58,564 nt of DNA from a virus (IMGVR_UViG_3300006162_000015:1-58564), one strand, 5' to 3'. Positions 45,484-55,792 are shown, numbered from the stretch's first letter. A program made the numbers and translations. The notes: generated by a model not told the origin, from the sequence alone.

Positions 45484-46881
45484 TTACATTTCAGAAAAAC
45501 TACGTTTTGCCTTTAGTTTTCTGCGTATACTAGATACCATATCATTCTCGTCTGCTGGAATATCGTCACCATGCATATTAGAGTCCATGGGTTGGTCTTT
45601 AGAGTGTATAGCTTCTGAGTCTTCGTCCCATTCAAGGGCGTCACCGTTCATGGGCGGGTACTCGTTTGGCTGTTCTGTAGCGTTAAGGTCTAGGTCTACT
45701 TCGCCGCCGTCTGCGTATCGGGCTGCAAGGTCCTCGTCGTGAGCGCCTGAGTCTACTTCGGCCTTCATGCGATCTCGTCTGGCCATGATAGCTGCTGCGA
45801 TAGAGTCGTGGTGCTCTTCTTCTGCTTCTTCGGCTATACCGCCTTCTGCAAGCATAGGTTCGTCGCTATAGATCTTTTCCATAGATTGACCTTCTTGGTC
45901 GTCGTCTTCTTGTAAACCTTTAGGTTCGACTTGCATGTCTTCTTCAACTTCGCCGCCGTATTCGTCGTCTACTGCTTTGTTATGAATATTACCTGAGTGG
46001 TCGGCGTCTTCTGCCATACCGCCTTTAGCGTATTTATTAAGATTTTTAGTATGTAATGGCTGTTTTGGGGGCGTAGGGCCTTGTCGGTCTGCGCCTTCTT
46101 CATTGTCTACTTCTGGAGGCTGTCGTTGAGGGCCTTCGTTTGTAGCTGCTGATGATTGTAAGTCGTCTTCTTCGTCGCGTAAACGGACTTGTAAGACGTC
46201 TGATTTCACCATTTTGGGGTGTTTGATCTTTTGGGTTTGCATGCCTTTCTTAGGCATAGGGCGACTTTCGTTTGCTGCTGATAGCATTTCAGTTTTTTTG
46301 TCTTCTTGCTGGCTTGCCATTTTACCTGAATTGGTAGTCTGGTCTGGCATTGGACGTTTTTCGTCTACGGCTGATTGAGCCATATCACGTTCAAAAGGAT
46401 GTATTTTAAGGCCTGAAGTATTGCGTGATTTATGCATTGCAGCAGTATTTTCTTTAAGGGCTGCTATAAGGCCGCCTTCAGCTAAGCCTTGAAGTTTAGG
46501 TTTAGGCATAGCGCGGAGTTCTTCAAGTTTTGTTCTATGCTCTTGTTTGGCTTTAGATAACTGAGCTTCTTTGTAGCCTTCTGAGTGTTTGCCTAGTACA
46601 TTAGCTGCATCTACTCTTGCGCCTGCTGGAGATGATCCATGTCTAACTCCGCGTTTCATTTCATAAGTAGGCATTATTTCATGAACGCCTTTAATATCTT
46701 TGTTAGCTTTTTCTGCGGGGCCTTCATCTGCGCTGCCGCCCATAGCCATTTTCTTTTTGGCTGCTTTACGCTTCATGCTATAGGCGATTGCAAGTGATTG
46801 TTTTTGAGGCTTGCCAGCTTCCATTTCGGCTTTGATATTGTGTTCAAATGCGTGTTTTGATTTACCTTTTATTAATGGCAT
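45484..46881 (-). CDS. Acidic, largely disordered head-associated protein with five A-x-GG motifs
   Basis: N-terminal MPLIKGKS...NIKAEMEAGKPQKQSLAIAY domain common in phage head modules; D/E-rich body. Confidence 0.65.
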   Translation of the reverse strand: MPLIKGKSKHAFEHNIKAEMEAGKPQKQSLAIAYSMKRKAAKKKMAMGGSADEGPAEKANKDIKGVHEIMPTYEMKRGVRHGSSPAGARVDAANVLGKHSEGYKEAQLSKAKQEHRTKLEELRAMPKPKLQGLAEGGLIAALKENTAAMHKSRNTSGLKIHPFERDMAQSAVDEKRPMPDQTTNSGKMASQQEDKKTEMLSAANESRPMPKKGMQTQKIKHPKMVKSDVLQVRLRDEEDDLQSSAATNEGPQRQPPEVDNEEGADRQGPTPPKQPLHTKNLNKYAKGGMAEDADHSGNIHNKAVDDEYGGEVEEDMQVEPKGLQEDDDQEGQSMEKIYSDEPMLAEGGIAEEAEEEHHDSIAAAIMARRDRMKAEVDSGAHDEDLAARYADGGEVDLDLNATEQPNEYPPMNGDALEWDEDSEAIHSKDQPMDSNMHGDDIPADENDMVSSIRRKLKAKRSFSEM

Positions 46882-47132
46882 TACTCTTTATCCTCATTAG
46901 TGTGCGGCCCCTCGGAATGAGGCATGCTATCCGCGATCTCAAAAGCTGCTTTAAGGGCTTCTGCAATGCTTTTAACGTCTTTAGACTCTATGGCCGATAA
47001 AAGGTCTTGTGCGGCTGCATGCATGCCTTCGTGGCTATCATCTTGATTTTCTTCGTTTTTATCCGGAGTTCGGTTTTTAACTATTAACCCTGGACTAGAT
47101 TGTTCGTCGCGCTTTCTTAAAAATGGTAGCAT
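46881..47132 (-). CDS. Hypothetical protein
   Basis: RBS gagg; follows the late motif. Confidence 0.65.
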   Translation of the reverse strand: MLPFLRKRDEQSSPGLIVKNRTPDKNEENQDDSHEGMHAAAQDLLSAIESKDVKSIAEALKAAFEIADSMPHSEGPHTNEDKE

Positions 47133-47145
47133 GCATACCTCTGTC

Positions 47146-47170
47146 TACCATAGGCGTATAGTCAGGATTC
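47146..47170 (-). promoter_or_regulatory. Candidate late promoter motif, copy 3
   Basis: Minus strand GAATCCTGACTATACGCCTATGGTA upstream of the head operon. Confidence 0.55.
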
Positions 47171-48598
47171 GTCGCCATTCATCCATTTTTCGTATTGGGC
47201 GGATGCTTGGGCGCCTTCTAGCTCTGCTTCCCACATTTCGTCTTGCTGGGCTTCGGCATATTCTTTAGTACCGTATTTAGGTTTTGGAGGCGGCGGCTTT
47301 ATGTATGCATATGCAGGGCTTAATTTAAACGCATATAACACCGAGTCTATGATATCTGAGTGAAATCTAGTACTTACTTTAATCCTGTCTGGGGTAGATT
47401 TATCTCTATCTATCTCTACAAGGTAAGAGTCTTGCGCAAACCTAGAATCTCGCTTTGCTTTTAATTTACCTGTCCTTAGAGCATCGTTTAAAAATGCAAC
47501 GTTTTCCATTTTACGGGTTTTATCTGCGGCTTCTACTGGAATAGAGTGCCTACGTATAAGCTCTTCGCCTATCTTTTTACCAAGGGCGCCCATATCCATT
47601 ATCATTTTATTTACTTTATATTTTTTATCTAAAGCCTTTATTTGGTCTGCAAGGGCTGTAATATCTTGCTTAGGCGTTATAAGCTCTTCTACCAAGAAAG
47701 TAGTCGGGTCGTCGTCTGAATACGCTAATATAGAGATTGCGTCTGCGTCTTCATGGCCTACGTCTACACCCATTATGTATTCGTATTTAAGCTTTGCAGG
47801 AAGGCTATCAAAATGGTTTATATCAGGAGTATACCTTATAAGTAATGAATCTACGTCCGTAGCCCATTCGCCGAAGAACTCTCTGCGCACGCTTGGGTCT
47901 GTTATTACTCGGCCTGATCGCTTCATTTCTCGGTCAAATACGGCCTGATGGGTTGTTTTGGCGGTTACAGGAATGTGAGGGTTGTCCCAGAAAGTCCAGG
48001 CGTGCTTAGACCAGCCTTCAGGGGCGACCCAGCACTTATGAAAATACCCTGTCGGTACAGCACCAGGTGTGCCTATAAGGCAAAGGCTACCTGCATAGTC
48101 CATAAGGGCAGGGCCTATAATATCGTCTATAAGGTCTTGAATATAAGCCTTAAATGATTGACACTCGTCTATATAGCAAAGTTTAATAGCAATACCACGT
48201 ATTTTTTCTATCTCTGTCTCGTCTTTAGCGCCTATAACAAGTACGCTAGATCCGTTAGGGAACGTAAGCGAAAGGTCTAAATCGTTGATTTTAGCTGGTA
48301 GTCCAAACCTACGGACTAGCTTTTTAAACTCATTCCATATAATACGCTTACCAGAAGTACCAGTAAGTGTTATATACACCGACATGGTCTCTGGGTTATT
48401 TATAGCCGTATGTATTAAATGCGCGGCGCAAGAAACAGTCTTGCCTGCTCTACGCGAGCATACTGCTATCTTGAATGGCGCCGGGTCTTCAACAAAAGCT
48501 AATTGCTTATCAAATAAAAACTGGGTTATGTTGAATTTACGGTGCCAAAACTGGTCAAGGCTTGTCTGTGTCGTCTGAGGCTTTGCTATTCGTTTCAT
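47162..48598 (-). CDS. terL: Terminase large subunit
   Basis: CSRRAGKT Walker A, CYIDECQ Walker B, GTP coupling motif, REFFGEW, RNase H-like MGVDVG and HSDIIDS. Confidence 0.92.
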   Translation of the reverse strand: MKRIAKPQTTQTSLDQFWHRKFNITQFLFDKQLAFVEDPAPFKIAVCSRRAGKTVSCAAHLIHTAINNPETMSVYITLTGTSGKRIIWNEFKKLVRRFGLPAKINDLDLSLTFPNGSSVLVIGAKDETEIEKIRGIAIKLCYIDECQSFKAYIQDLIDDIIGPALMDYAGSLCLIGTPGAVPTGYFHKCWVAPEGWSKHAWTFWDNPHIPVTAKTTHQAVFDREMKRSGRVITDPSVRREFFGEWATDVDSLLIRYTPDINHFDSLPAKLKYEYIMGVDVGHEDADAISILAYSDDDPTTFLVEELITPKQDITALADQIKALDKKYKVNKMIMDMGALGKKIGEELIRRHSIPVEAADKTRKMENVAFLNDALRTGKLKAKRDSRFAQDSYLVEIDRDKSTPDRIKVSTRFHSDIIDSVLYAFKLSPAYAYIKPPPPKPKYGTKEYAEAQQDEMWEAELEGAQASAQYEKWMNGDES

Positions 48599-48708
48599 TT
48601 ACGACCTTTTTAGCTTTTTCTACAAATTCTAGCCACTCTTTATTTTCTTCCGCGTCTTTATATATTTTCTTGAGTTCGCTTAAAGCAGCGCTAATATTTT
48701 GAAAAGCA

Positions 48709-48963
48709 TTACCCATTTGGTTGTTCCATAGGCACTAAGTGGCTAAAATAAGTAAGCGGTACTAATATTAATTCTTTTTTAGCGCGGTCTATTACTACAA
48801 GTTCTACTAGATTGCCTTTAAGAGTAATGCTTTCGCATACCTTGTTAGTCTGCGTAGGAATCAAGCCTAAGCTTGTTTTGATGTGCCCAGACTTAACTGT
48901 ATGAATCTGAGCTACTAGCGTAGCTTCTTTTATTTTAACGCCTTCATTAGCCATTTTGAGCAC
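48709..48963 (-). CDS. Hypothetical protein
   Basis: ORF track, in operon orientation. Confidence 0.55.
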   Translation of the reverse strand: MLKMANEGVKIKEATLVAQIHTVKSGHIKTSLGLIPTQTNKVCESITLKGNLVELVVIDRAKKELILVPLTYFSHLVPMEQPNG

Positions 48964-49189
48964 CTGCGGCGGCTTTGTCTAACTCGCGTCGTTTAAAACC
49001 CTCGTTATTAAGGCTTGTTACTAGCAATGATTTTTCTTCGATTTCACGCTCAAGGTCTTTAAGCTTTGCGGTTGCTTGGCCTAACTGAGCACATGCAGAT
49101 ACGTATTCTTTTTCGATTACGTCTAATGCACGCGGCGGTACTTCTTTTGGTTTAAGATCTACTTTATTGTTTCTAAAAAATTTAGACAT
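48947..49189 (-). CDS. Coiled-coil hypothetical protein
   Basis: RBS aggag; ORF track. Confidence 0.6.
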   Translation of the reverse strand: MSKFFRNNKVDLKPKEVPPRALDVIEKEYVSACAQLGQATAKLKDLEREIEEKSLLVTSLNNEGFKRRELDKAAAGAQNG

Positions 49190-49204
49190 TATTGTCTCCT
49201 TTGG

Positions 49205-49624
49205 TTATAAGTTATAAAAAGGGTTAAATATTGTTCCTTGAAGCTTAGGCATTAAATCTTCGCCAAGTTTAGATAAATGCATTGCGGCTACCGGGTATTG
49301 AGGTATAAGGCTACGACCTATTCCTTTTAAGCGCCAGGCTTTTTTAACGTATACCCACGATACCGCCATGTAATCGGCGCTTAATATACTATACCCTATG
49401 ATTATATTAGGGTCGTCGGGTAAACACGCTATTTTCACTACGAACTTAGGACTTTCAAGGATCTGCTCTGCTATGTTAGAATACGCATCCATAAATACGT
49501 CTTTAGGTATTTTTGAAAACCAGCTATCGCCGTAATAAAGGCCTCGTAAAAACGTAGATTTAACAAATGCCTTGTCTGATTCTTTATAGTCTCGGATGTC
49601 GTATAAACCTTTAAAGTCGTTCAT
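49205..49624 (-). CDS. GNAT-family acetyltransferase
   Basis: IIGYS and WVYVKKAWRLKGIGRSL acetyl-CoA-binding motif. Confidence 0.75.
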   Translation of the reverse strand: MNDFKGLYDIRDYKESDKAFVKSTFLRGLYYGDSWFSKIPKDVFMDAYSNIAEQILESPKFVVKIACLPDDPNIIIGYSILSADYMAVSWVYVKKAWRLKGIGRSLIPQYPVAAMHLSKLGEDLMPKLQGTIFNPFYNL

Positions 49625-50025
49625 TTTTTTAAATACATGTCTTTCATGGTGTTTGCAAGCCGTTTAATAATCTCAAATACTGCGTCTCTATTGGTCTTTT
49701 TACTAGGTAGTTTATTAAGTACTTTTACTATGCCTCTAATGCTAATGCCGTTTGAGTGGTATTCCCATATGTTTCTTTCGCGAACAGATGCAAATTTATA
49801 CTGATGTAAAAACTGATTAGCCAAGTAATAATATTCATGTTTAGAAGCCCAGTAAATCCTTGCCTGTTCCATTGTATACTCTCTACGCCTATCCATATGC
49901 GAGTATCTATAAGAAGGGTTCTTAAGAGCATAGTCGTTAATTTCTTGGTCTTCAAAACCGGATCGTTCTAGTTTTTTATACCACTTTTTACGAAGTTCTG
50001 CGTAACTAGGTTGTTTTTTCGCCAT
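49621..50025 (-). CDS. HTH protein (sigma region 4-like), candidate late transcription regulator
   Basis: ERNIWEYHSNGISIRGIVKVL...RDAVFEIIKRL C-terminal HTH pattern; located at the early/late boundary. Confidence 0.5.
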   Translation of the reverse strand: MAKKQPSYAELRKKWYKKLERSGFEDQEINDYALKNPSYRYSHMDRRREYTMEQARIYWASKHEYYYLANQFLHQYKFASVRERNIWEYHSNGISIRGIVKVLNKLPSKKTNRDAVFEIIKRLANTMKDMYLKK

Positions 50026-50416
50026 TTGCCGTACCTGAGGTAGTGGCAGTGGCTTCTGCGTCTAGTTTATTAGCTTCATTTAAGGCAGATTGTTGCAGGG
50101 CTTTTGCTTCTTGCTCTGCTTTTAGCGCGGCTTGCTGCGCTTCTTTAATATCGTTTAGAATTACTGAAACTACTTGGTTTGCGGCGGCTTTACGTAACGC
50201 TCTTGCAAAGTACTGTTTAGAAACTCTAGAAGTAGTCGAGTCTAGTCTTAGGACCATGCTTGAGATCGCAAACTTCATAGAGTCTACGTCTGCAAATTTG
50301 CCTGATACTTCAATAATATCTTCCATCCATTGATGCATCTCGGTTTTGCCTACTGGCAGCTTTGAAGGCAAGTAAGCTAAGATTTGTTTAATTAGTGTTT
50401 TTAGTTTTTGTAGCAT
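50006..50416 (-). CDS. Hypothetical protein
   Basis: RBS ggag; ORF track. Confidence 0.6.
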   Translation of the reverse strand: MLQKLKTLIKQILAYLPSKLPVGKTEMHQWMEDIIEVSGKFADVDSMKFAISSMVLRLDSTTSRVSKQYFARALRKAAANQVVSVILNDIKEAQQAALKAEQEAKALQQSALNEANKLDAEATATTSGTANGEKTT

Positions 50417-50471
50417 GTTATCTCCGTTGGTTACAAGTTCTAGCCTAAGAATATCATAATGATACGTAAAG

Positions 50472-50945
50472 TCAATCTTTTATTTCATTTAATTTAGCAA
50501 ATTCGCCAAAATGTTCTAAAGCCGCGATATTATAGGCTTTTGCAGCTTCTTTAAGATCAGTAAACAACCCTAAATACAATTTTTTATTTCCGCATTTTAA
50601 ATGTACTTGCCATTTATCTTTTTGATGTCTACTGACTCCTTTATACCCAGATTTATTGCGCGCACGAGATTTTGTATTAGCTCCATTTTGAGAAGTAGTG
50701 GCTAGCCTTAAATTAGCTTTTGTATTATTTAGCCCGTTGCCGTCTATGTGATCCACAGTAATACCTTTGGGCGCATTTAATATTTCTCTATGTAATCTAA
50801 TTAATCTTTTTAAGATCGGGCACCATCTGGCTACATAAACGGTATTGGGTCGCGCTTCATAAAACCATTTATAGTCTTTAATCCTATCAAAATCTTCATA
50901 GTCCACATAAGCTATTTCGCCGTGCAATAAAACTAATTCTTTCAT
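50472..50945 (-). CDS. HNH-AP2 homing endonuclease
   Basis: LHREI, VDHIDGNGLNN, NLR; AP2 domain SGYKGV...YLGLF...AAKAYN. Confidence 0.92.
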   Translation of the reverse strand: MKELVLLHGEIAYVDYEDFDRIKDYKWFYEARPNTVYVARWCPILKRLIRLHREILNAPKGITVDHIDGNGLNNTKANLRLATTSQNGANTKSRARNKSGYKGVSRHQKDKWQVHLKCGNKKLYLGLFTDLKEAAKAYNIAALEHFGEFAKLNEIKD

Positions 50946-53008
50946 TTTGCCAAAGTCCTTGTTACTCTAGGTATCGCCTCTAATGGAACGCCTTGTAATA
51001 TTGTACTTGTTTCCATTGCATCTCTCAACAATAAACTTATTATATCTTCATCTTCTTTTTTACACTCTACTATAACTTCGTCGTGCACCATGCTTACTAT
51101 TTTGCAATCTAAATCCAGATTTCTCGCATTACTATAAAATGCTATCATGGCTCTGTTTACTATGCTAGCGCCTGTACCTTGTATTCTGAAATTACAAGCC
51201 AAATTAAGTATTTGTCTTGCCTCATAAGGAAGATTTTCATGAGACTGTCTACCGTATATCTTTGATATTTTAATAGCATCAGGTATGCGTCTTTTTCGGC
51301 CAAAAATATTTGTCACATAACCGTTATTTTTAGCTAATTCATGCGCTTCTAACATCATTTTTTTAACGCCGGGAAACCTTTCTAAATAGTTATTCATGTC
51401 TTGCTGCGTATCGTCGATACTTTTTCCTGTAGTAGAGGCTAATTTATGGGGGGTAGCTCCATAAGCAGTAGCAAGGGCTATCACCTTTGATAGGTCTCTA
51501 AGCTTCTTATATTTGACGCCAAACGCGTTTGGATGGCCTTCTTTAAGTGGCAGCGCGTCGTGCTTATCAAAAACTTCTATGCCTACTACGCTATAAAAAT
51601 CTGATTTACCGTCGAAAGCAGACATTAACCTCGGGTCCTGGCTGTAATAGCTAAATACCCTAGGCTCTAGCTGGCTGTAGTCGGCAGATACAAACACTTT
51701 GCCGGGTCTTGATACTATGCACTCTTTTATGCGCTGATCGTCTCTAGGCAAATTTTGCCAATTTGGATTTTGGCTAGAATATCTTCCAGAAGTGGTGCCT
51801 GTTTGTAAAAACCTAGGCTGTAAAACGCTATAATGTATTCCATCTTCTATGCCTTTTATATAAGTATTAAGAAGTTTCATATTGGCTTTATATTCTAATA
51901 ATTTTTCAATCCATTTATATCTATGCGAAAGTGACTTTAAAGTACTTTTATCTGCTGCTATATACGCCCAAGGAGCTTTTACTAATTTTGCCTTTACTTT
52001 TTTGCCGTTAACTATTGCTTCGGGCTGGTAGGGCGTTCCTTCGTCCCTAAGGCAAATATCTATAAAGTCTCTACGCGCCTTTGGGTAATAAGGAAGTCTA
52101 CCTGTAAGTTTTTTACAGACTTCTTTACCGACTGATGTTAAGCGTTCGTAATCAAGATTTAACTGGCCAAATAACAACCATGATAGCTGCTGAGGAGCTT
52201 CTACGTTAAACTTTGCTTTGCCTTTAATTAGAGGGCCTATCTCGTCGTATATAAATGCCTTTGCTTCTGCGCATTCGGCTTCAAGTGTTTTTTTAAGCGT
52301 AGTAAGCGCGTTTATGTCTACTTGTAATCCTGTAGTATTCATGTCGTACGTAGGGCCTCTAAGAAGAGGCATAGACTCGTCTTTATAAAAAAAGTCTTCG
52401 AGGCCCTGCTGGTATAGCTCTGGTACTAAATCATTAAATAGCTTTAGTGTCAGCAGCGCGTCTTTCGCCCCGTACTCGCCTATAAGGTGTTTATCGGCCT
52501 TGAATAGCTCGTATTTGGCTTTAGTGGCCAAACCGCCGTTCTTTGCAATGCTTTCTTTCATTGCGGCTTGCTCGAATGTACTAGATTCGCCGTACATTGT
52601 AGACGCAAGGTCTTTTAAGCCTACACGACGGTTTTCGTTTAAAAGATGTGCAAGTATCATAGTATCGGTGTGTATGCTATCTATAAGCCTAATTCCCATA
52701 TAGCTTTCTAGCATCATGCAATCAAATACTGCGTTATGGGCTATAAGGTTTTTAGTCTTAAGATGGTTTAGCAGGTTTTTAACCTCAGGCCATAGATCGT
52801 GATTATATACTAGTTTATTGGTATTAGTGTCCCAGTACGACAAGACTATATAAAAAGCCTTGTCTTCTTCTGCGCACACAGATATGCCTATTACCTCATC
52901 TCGCTTAGTCAACCCTGTAGTCTCTGTGTCAAAAGCGACGTATTCAAAAGGCTTTAAATACTCTATTAAGCTTTTTACGCCTTCTATGTTTTCAATTACC
53001 TTTAGCAT
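50942..53008 (-). CDS. Family A DNA polymerase with 3'-5' exonuclease
   Basis: FDTETTGL, HNAVFD, YGAKDA; TTSGRYSSQNPN, ADYSQLEPR, KVIALATAYG, IQGTGA, VHDE; start at MLKVIEN. Confidence 0.95.
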   Translation of the reverse strand: MLKVIENIEGVKSLIEYLKPFEYVAFDTETTGLTKRDEVIGISVCAEEDKAFYIVLSYWDTNTNKLVYNHDLWPEVKNLLNHLKTKNLIAHNAVFDCMMLESYMGIRLIDSIHTDTMILAHLLNENRRVGLKDLASTMYGESSTFEQAAMKESIAKNGGLATKAKYELFKADKHLIGEYGAKDALLTLKLFNDLVPELYQQGLEDFFYKDESMPLLRGPTYDMNTTGLQVDINALTTLKKTLEAECAEAKAFIYDEIGPLIKGKAKFNVEAPQQLSWLLFGQLNLDYERLTSVGKEVCKKLTGRLPYYPKARRDFIDICLRDEGTPYQPEAIVNGKKVKAKLVKAPWAYIAADKSTLKSLSHRYKWIEKLLEYKANMKLLNTYIKGIEDGIHYSVLQPRFLQTGTTSGRYSSQNPNWQNLPRDDQRIKECIVSRPGKVFVSADYSQLEPRVFSYYSQDPRLMSAFDGKSDFYSVVGIEVFDKHDALPLKEGHPNAFGVKYKKLRDLSKVIALATAYGATPHKLASTTGKSIDDTQQDMNNYLERFPGVKKMMLEAHELAKNNGYVTNIFGRKRRIPDAIKISKIYGRQSHENLPYEARQILNLACNFRIQGTGASIVNRAMIAFYSNARNLDLDCKIVSMVHDEVIVECKKEDEDIISLLLRDAMETSTILQGVPLEAIPRVTRTLAK

Positions 53009-53167
53009 TAAGTACCTTTTCGCATTTATACAAAAATACAGCAAAACGTAGCTCGTCTTTGTTTAAAGCGCTTAAAAAAGGATTCATAACGACCCAATTA
53101 ACTCCATCTATTGAACCCTCGTATATAATATCGCCGCTAACATCTTTTACCCTAACATATCTGTACA

Positions 53168-54985
53168 TTATTCAATCCACTTTATAGAAGTATAATTTAC
53201 TACTTCGGTTTTGCGGTCTTGTTTTCTGCGATTAGTAGCCTGCCCTACCCAGTAACTAAGCCCTTTCTCTTCTATTTCAGTCAAAGGTCTTATAAGCTGA
53301 GTTTCAGTATCAAAAAACACTGAATAAGGCGTATCTTCTATTATTTTATCTCTTTTTTGGTTTTTGTGGCGAATCTTGCAAAACTTATAAGACAAAATCG
53401 TAGGGCATCCTTCTATTGAATATACGCGCTTAAGGGGTTGCCAAAGCGTTACTAAGTAGTCGCAAAAATTCTCAAATACCGAGGTACCAAAAGCGGCGTC
53501 CTTATTTAACTCTAAATCGCCTATGCCGGCTTTCTCGCGCGAAGTCTGAGACTGCATTATTAAAAACGTCTCAGTCTCCATTGCAAACCCTTTCATAGCT
53601 TTTGCTATGCCTTTAAGCCCTTCTTCTACGCCTAGCTTGTTATTGTTACATAGTACGCCTATATGGTCAATAACTACACAACCGACTTTTTTACCAGTAT
53701 TTTTCTTAAAGTCTAATATATGCTGTTTTATATCGTTTAAAGACAAGTCTCTAAATACGCCCTCGTCTGTATAGTTGCTTATTACGTGTACTTTAGAGTG
53801 TAAATGCGTCTTGCCTTGGCACATAAGCGCCCAACGTTCTGCTATCTCGCGTGCAGGCTGTTCTAAAGGTATAAAAAAGTGCTCGTAATCTGGGTTGTTT
53901 TCTACAAAACCTAAAAATATATTTAAAGCCATGGTAGTCTTACCGACGCCTGAGCCTGCTACAAGGCCTAATACCTGGCCTATTCTAAATCCGTTTTCGG
54001 TATCATCAATATACTTCCAGCAGTTAAGCCTTGTGCCTTTAATATTTTCGCCTGTTTTCTGGAGAATGTCTTTAACACTACTGTAAATCGGGTCTTTTTT
54101 ATTTTCATCGGTTTCTCCTTCAAAAGTCCATATCTTGTCTACTATATTCTGGGCATACGATACTCGGTGTATAGGGGCTCGCTGTAGTGCTTTTGCAGAC
54201 TGGGCTAGTACGGCCATAGCCTCTTCTTTACTAAAGCCGTTGCCGAACATTATGTGGCCTAGGCGGTAATCACCGCTACTTCTATCGTCCGTAGGCCCTG
54301 TCCATATGTTTTTAGCCTCTTCATTAGCTCTGAGTAGTACTCCGAATTTAGCGGGTATTTCGTCGGGTATAGTTACTGGCTCTGAAAGCTTATAAGTCTT
54401 ATCGTGGTGGGCTTTGCAGTATTCCTCGTCTTCTTTAGTAATAGAAGGTAATAGCCTATCAAACTCTTCTGCGGTGTACGAAGCTTCTGTTTCTACTACT
54501 ATTTCGCATCTAGAATAAGGTCTGTCTTTAGTATTAAAAGTATTTGGTAACCGCATAAGCTGAGAGATTTTGCTTACTGCTTCGTCTGTATTAAATAGCC
54601 TGCATAATCTACGCTGAAATCTAAGGTAACTCATAGCGTTTAAATTAGATACGCGCCAGTATACGTGTACGCCTCGGCCTGAGTCTACTATTCTAGTAGG
54701 GTTTAAGTCTGCTGCGATTATAGTATCTATAAACGCGTCTTTATTAGGGTAAACGCCGTCTTTAAGGTCCATATCTATAAACACCCAGTCAAACTTATCG
54801 ATCTGACTGCCGTCTACTATTTTACTAGGGTCGTATACTGATGGCGCGTTCGGGAAGTAATATACGTTGTAGCCCTGTTCGTTAAGTGAATGAAGGTCAG
54901 CATTGCTAAACTGGCCTTCAATTGCTTTTTTGGTTATTTTGCCTTCGGTTAAGGCCCAGTCTGGCGCAATTAGGCGGTAGATCAT
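53168..54985 (-). CDS. Primase-helicase (RepB-like primase fused to a DnaB/RecA-fold helicase)
   Basis: FIDMD, DSGRGVHVYW, MRLPNT primase motifs; DRSSGDY; AGSGVGKT, VVIDH, QSQ helicase motifs. Confidence 0.88.
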   Translation of the reverse strand: MIYRLIAPDWALTEGKITKKAIEGQFSNADLHSLNEQGYNVYYFPNAPSVYDPSKIVDGSQIDKFDWVFIDMDLKDGVYPNKDAFIDTIIAADLNPTRIVDSGRGVHVYWRVSNLNAMSYLRFQRRLCRLFNTDEAVSKISQLMRLPNTFNTKDRPYSRCEIVVETEASYTAEEFDRLLPSITKEDEEYCKAHHDKTYKLSEPVTIPDEIPAKFGVLLRANEEAKNIWTGPTDDRSSGDYRLGHIMFGNGFSKEEAMAVLAQSAKALQRAPIHRVSYAQNIVDKIWTFEGETDENKKDPIYSSVKDILQKTGENIKGTRLNCWKYIDDTENGFRIGQVLGLVAGSGVGKTTMALNIFLGFVENNPDYEHFFIPLEQPAREIAERWALMCQGKTHLHSKVHVISNYTDEGVFRDLSLNDIKQHILDFKKNTGKKVGCVVIDHIGVLCNNNKLGVEEGLKGIAKAMKGFAMETETFLIMQSQTSREKAGIGDLELNKDAAFGTSVFENFCDYLVTLWQPLKRVYSIEGCPTILSYKFCKIRHKNQKRDKIIEDTPYSVFFDTETQLIRPLTEIEEKGLSYWVGQATNRRKQDRKTEVVNYTSIKWIE

Positions 54986-54996
54986 GGGCCCGTCCT

Positions 54997-55554
54997 TTAC
55001 TTCTTAGCTTTTGACTTCAATAATGCCTGTACTCGGGCTTGACGCTCTGCTGCCGTTGTGCCGTTGGTAGCTGGCGCTGCTGCGAGCGGAGTTTCTGTCG
55101 GCTCTTCGTAATCGTCGCCGTCATCGCCTTGGCCGCCACCTTCATATGAATAGCCAGTATCGCTTTCGTTGTTTTCTAGCTCGTCTTCGTATGCGGGTGC
55201 CGATGCGCTAATCTCTACCTCAATAGTATTTTCTTTGTCTTGAGATACTTTAAAAGAACGCATATCGCCTCGAGGAGTAGGCTTCATGCCGGTAAACTCG
55301 ATTTTTACCATTGTGCCTACGGATACGTTACCAAGCTTTTTGTTAAGGTCGCCTGAGCCCCATACGCCAAGGTTGCCTTTTGGCGTCTTAAGAAAGTGCA
55401 ATACGCTTTTACCGTATTTACCGCCTTCTACTGTACGGTTACCAAGGTAATAGCCCTCTGCTGTTTTAGGGTCCGTCTTGCCAGTCTTTTTATTTAGCTT
55501 ACCTAGACTGTAGGTAATATCAGCGTCAAGGCTGATTACTTCTTCAAAACCCAT
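54997..55554 (-). CDS. Single-stranded DNA-binding protein (putative)
   Basis: OB-like N-domain (EGYYLG, VWGSGDL, VKIEFTG) plus acidic tail; next to the primase-helicase. Confidence 0.65.
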   Translation of the reverse strand: MGFEEVISLDADITYSLGKLNKKTGKTDPKTAEGYYLGNRTVEGGKYGKSVLHFLKTPKGNLGVWGSGDLNKKLGNVSVGTMVKIEFTGMKPTPRGDMRSFKVSQDKENTIEVEISASAPAYEDELENNESDTGYSYEGGGQGDDGDDYEEPTETPLAAAPATNGTTAAERQARVQALLKSKAKK

Positions 55555-55579
55555 TGTAGCTCCTTTGCTTAGGGGTTAA

Positions 55580-55792
55580 TTAATTTAAACTAAGACTACG
55601 TCGTTCTAATTCAAATTGCAAGTCAGAAATTTTAGTGCCGGCAATCATAAAGTTATTAAGCGCAACTACTGTTTTATGATCGATTTTTTGATCTTTTTTA
55701 ATAATCCGCTTAAGATGTTCTGCAAGGTCGGCACCTGCGTTAAAATATTCGATTAATGCCTGCTCTGTTTTGGTAAATTCAGCTTCGCTCAT
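55580..55792 (-). CDS. Hypothetical protein
   Basis: ORF track; ATGA coupling. Confidence 0.6.
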   Translation of the reverse strand: MSEAEFTKTEQALIEYFNAGADLAEHLKRIIKKDQKIDHKTVVALNNFMIAGTKISDLQFELERRSLSLN

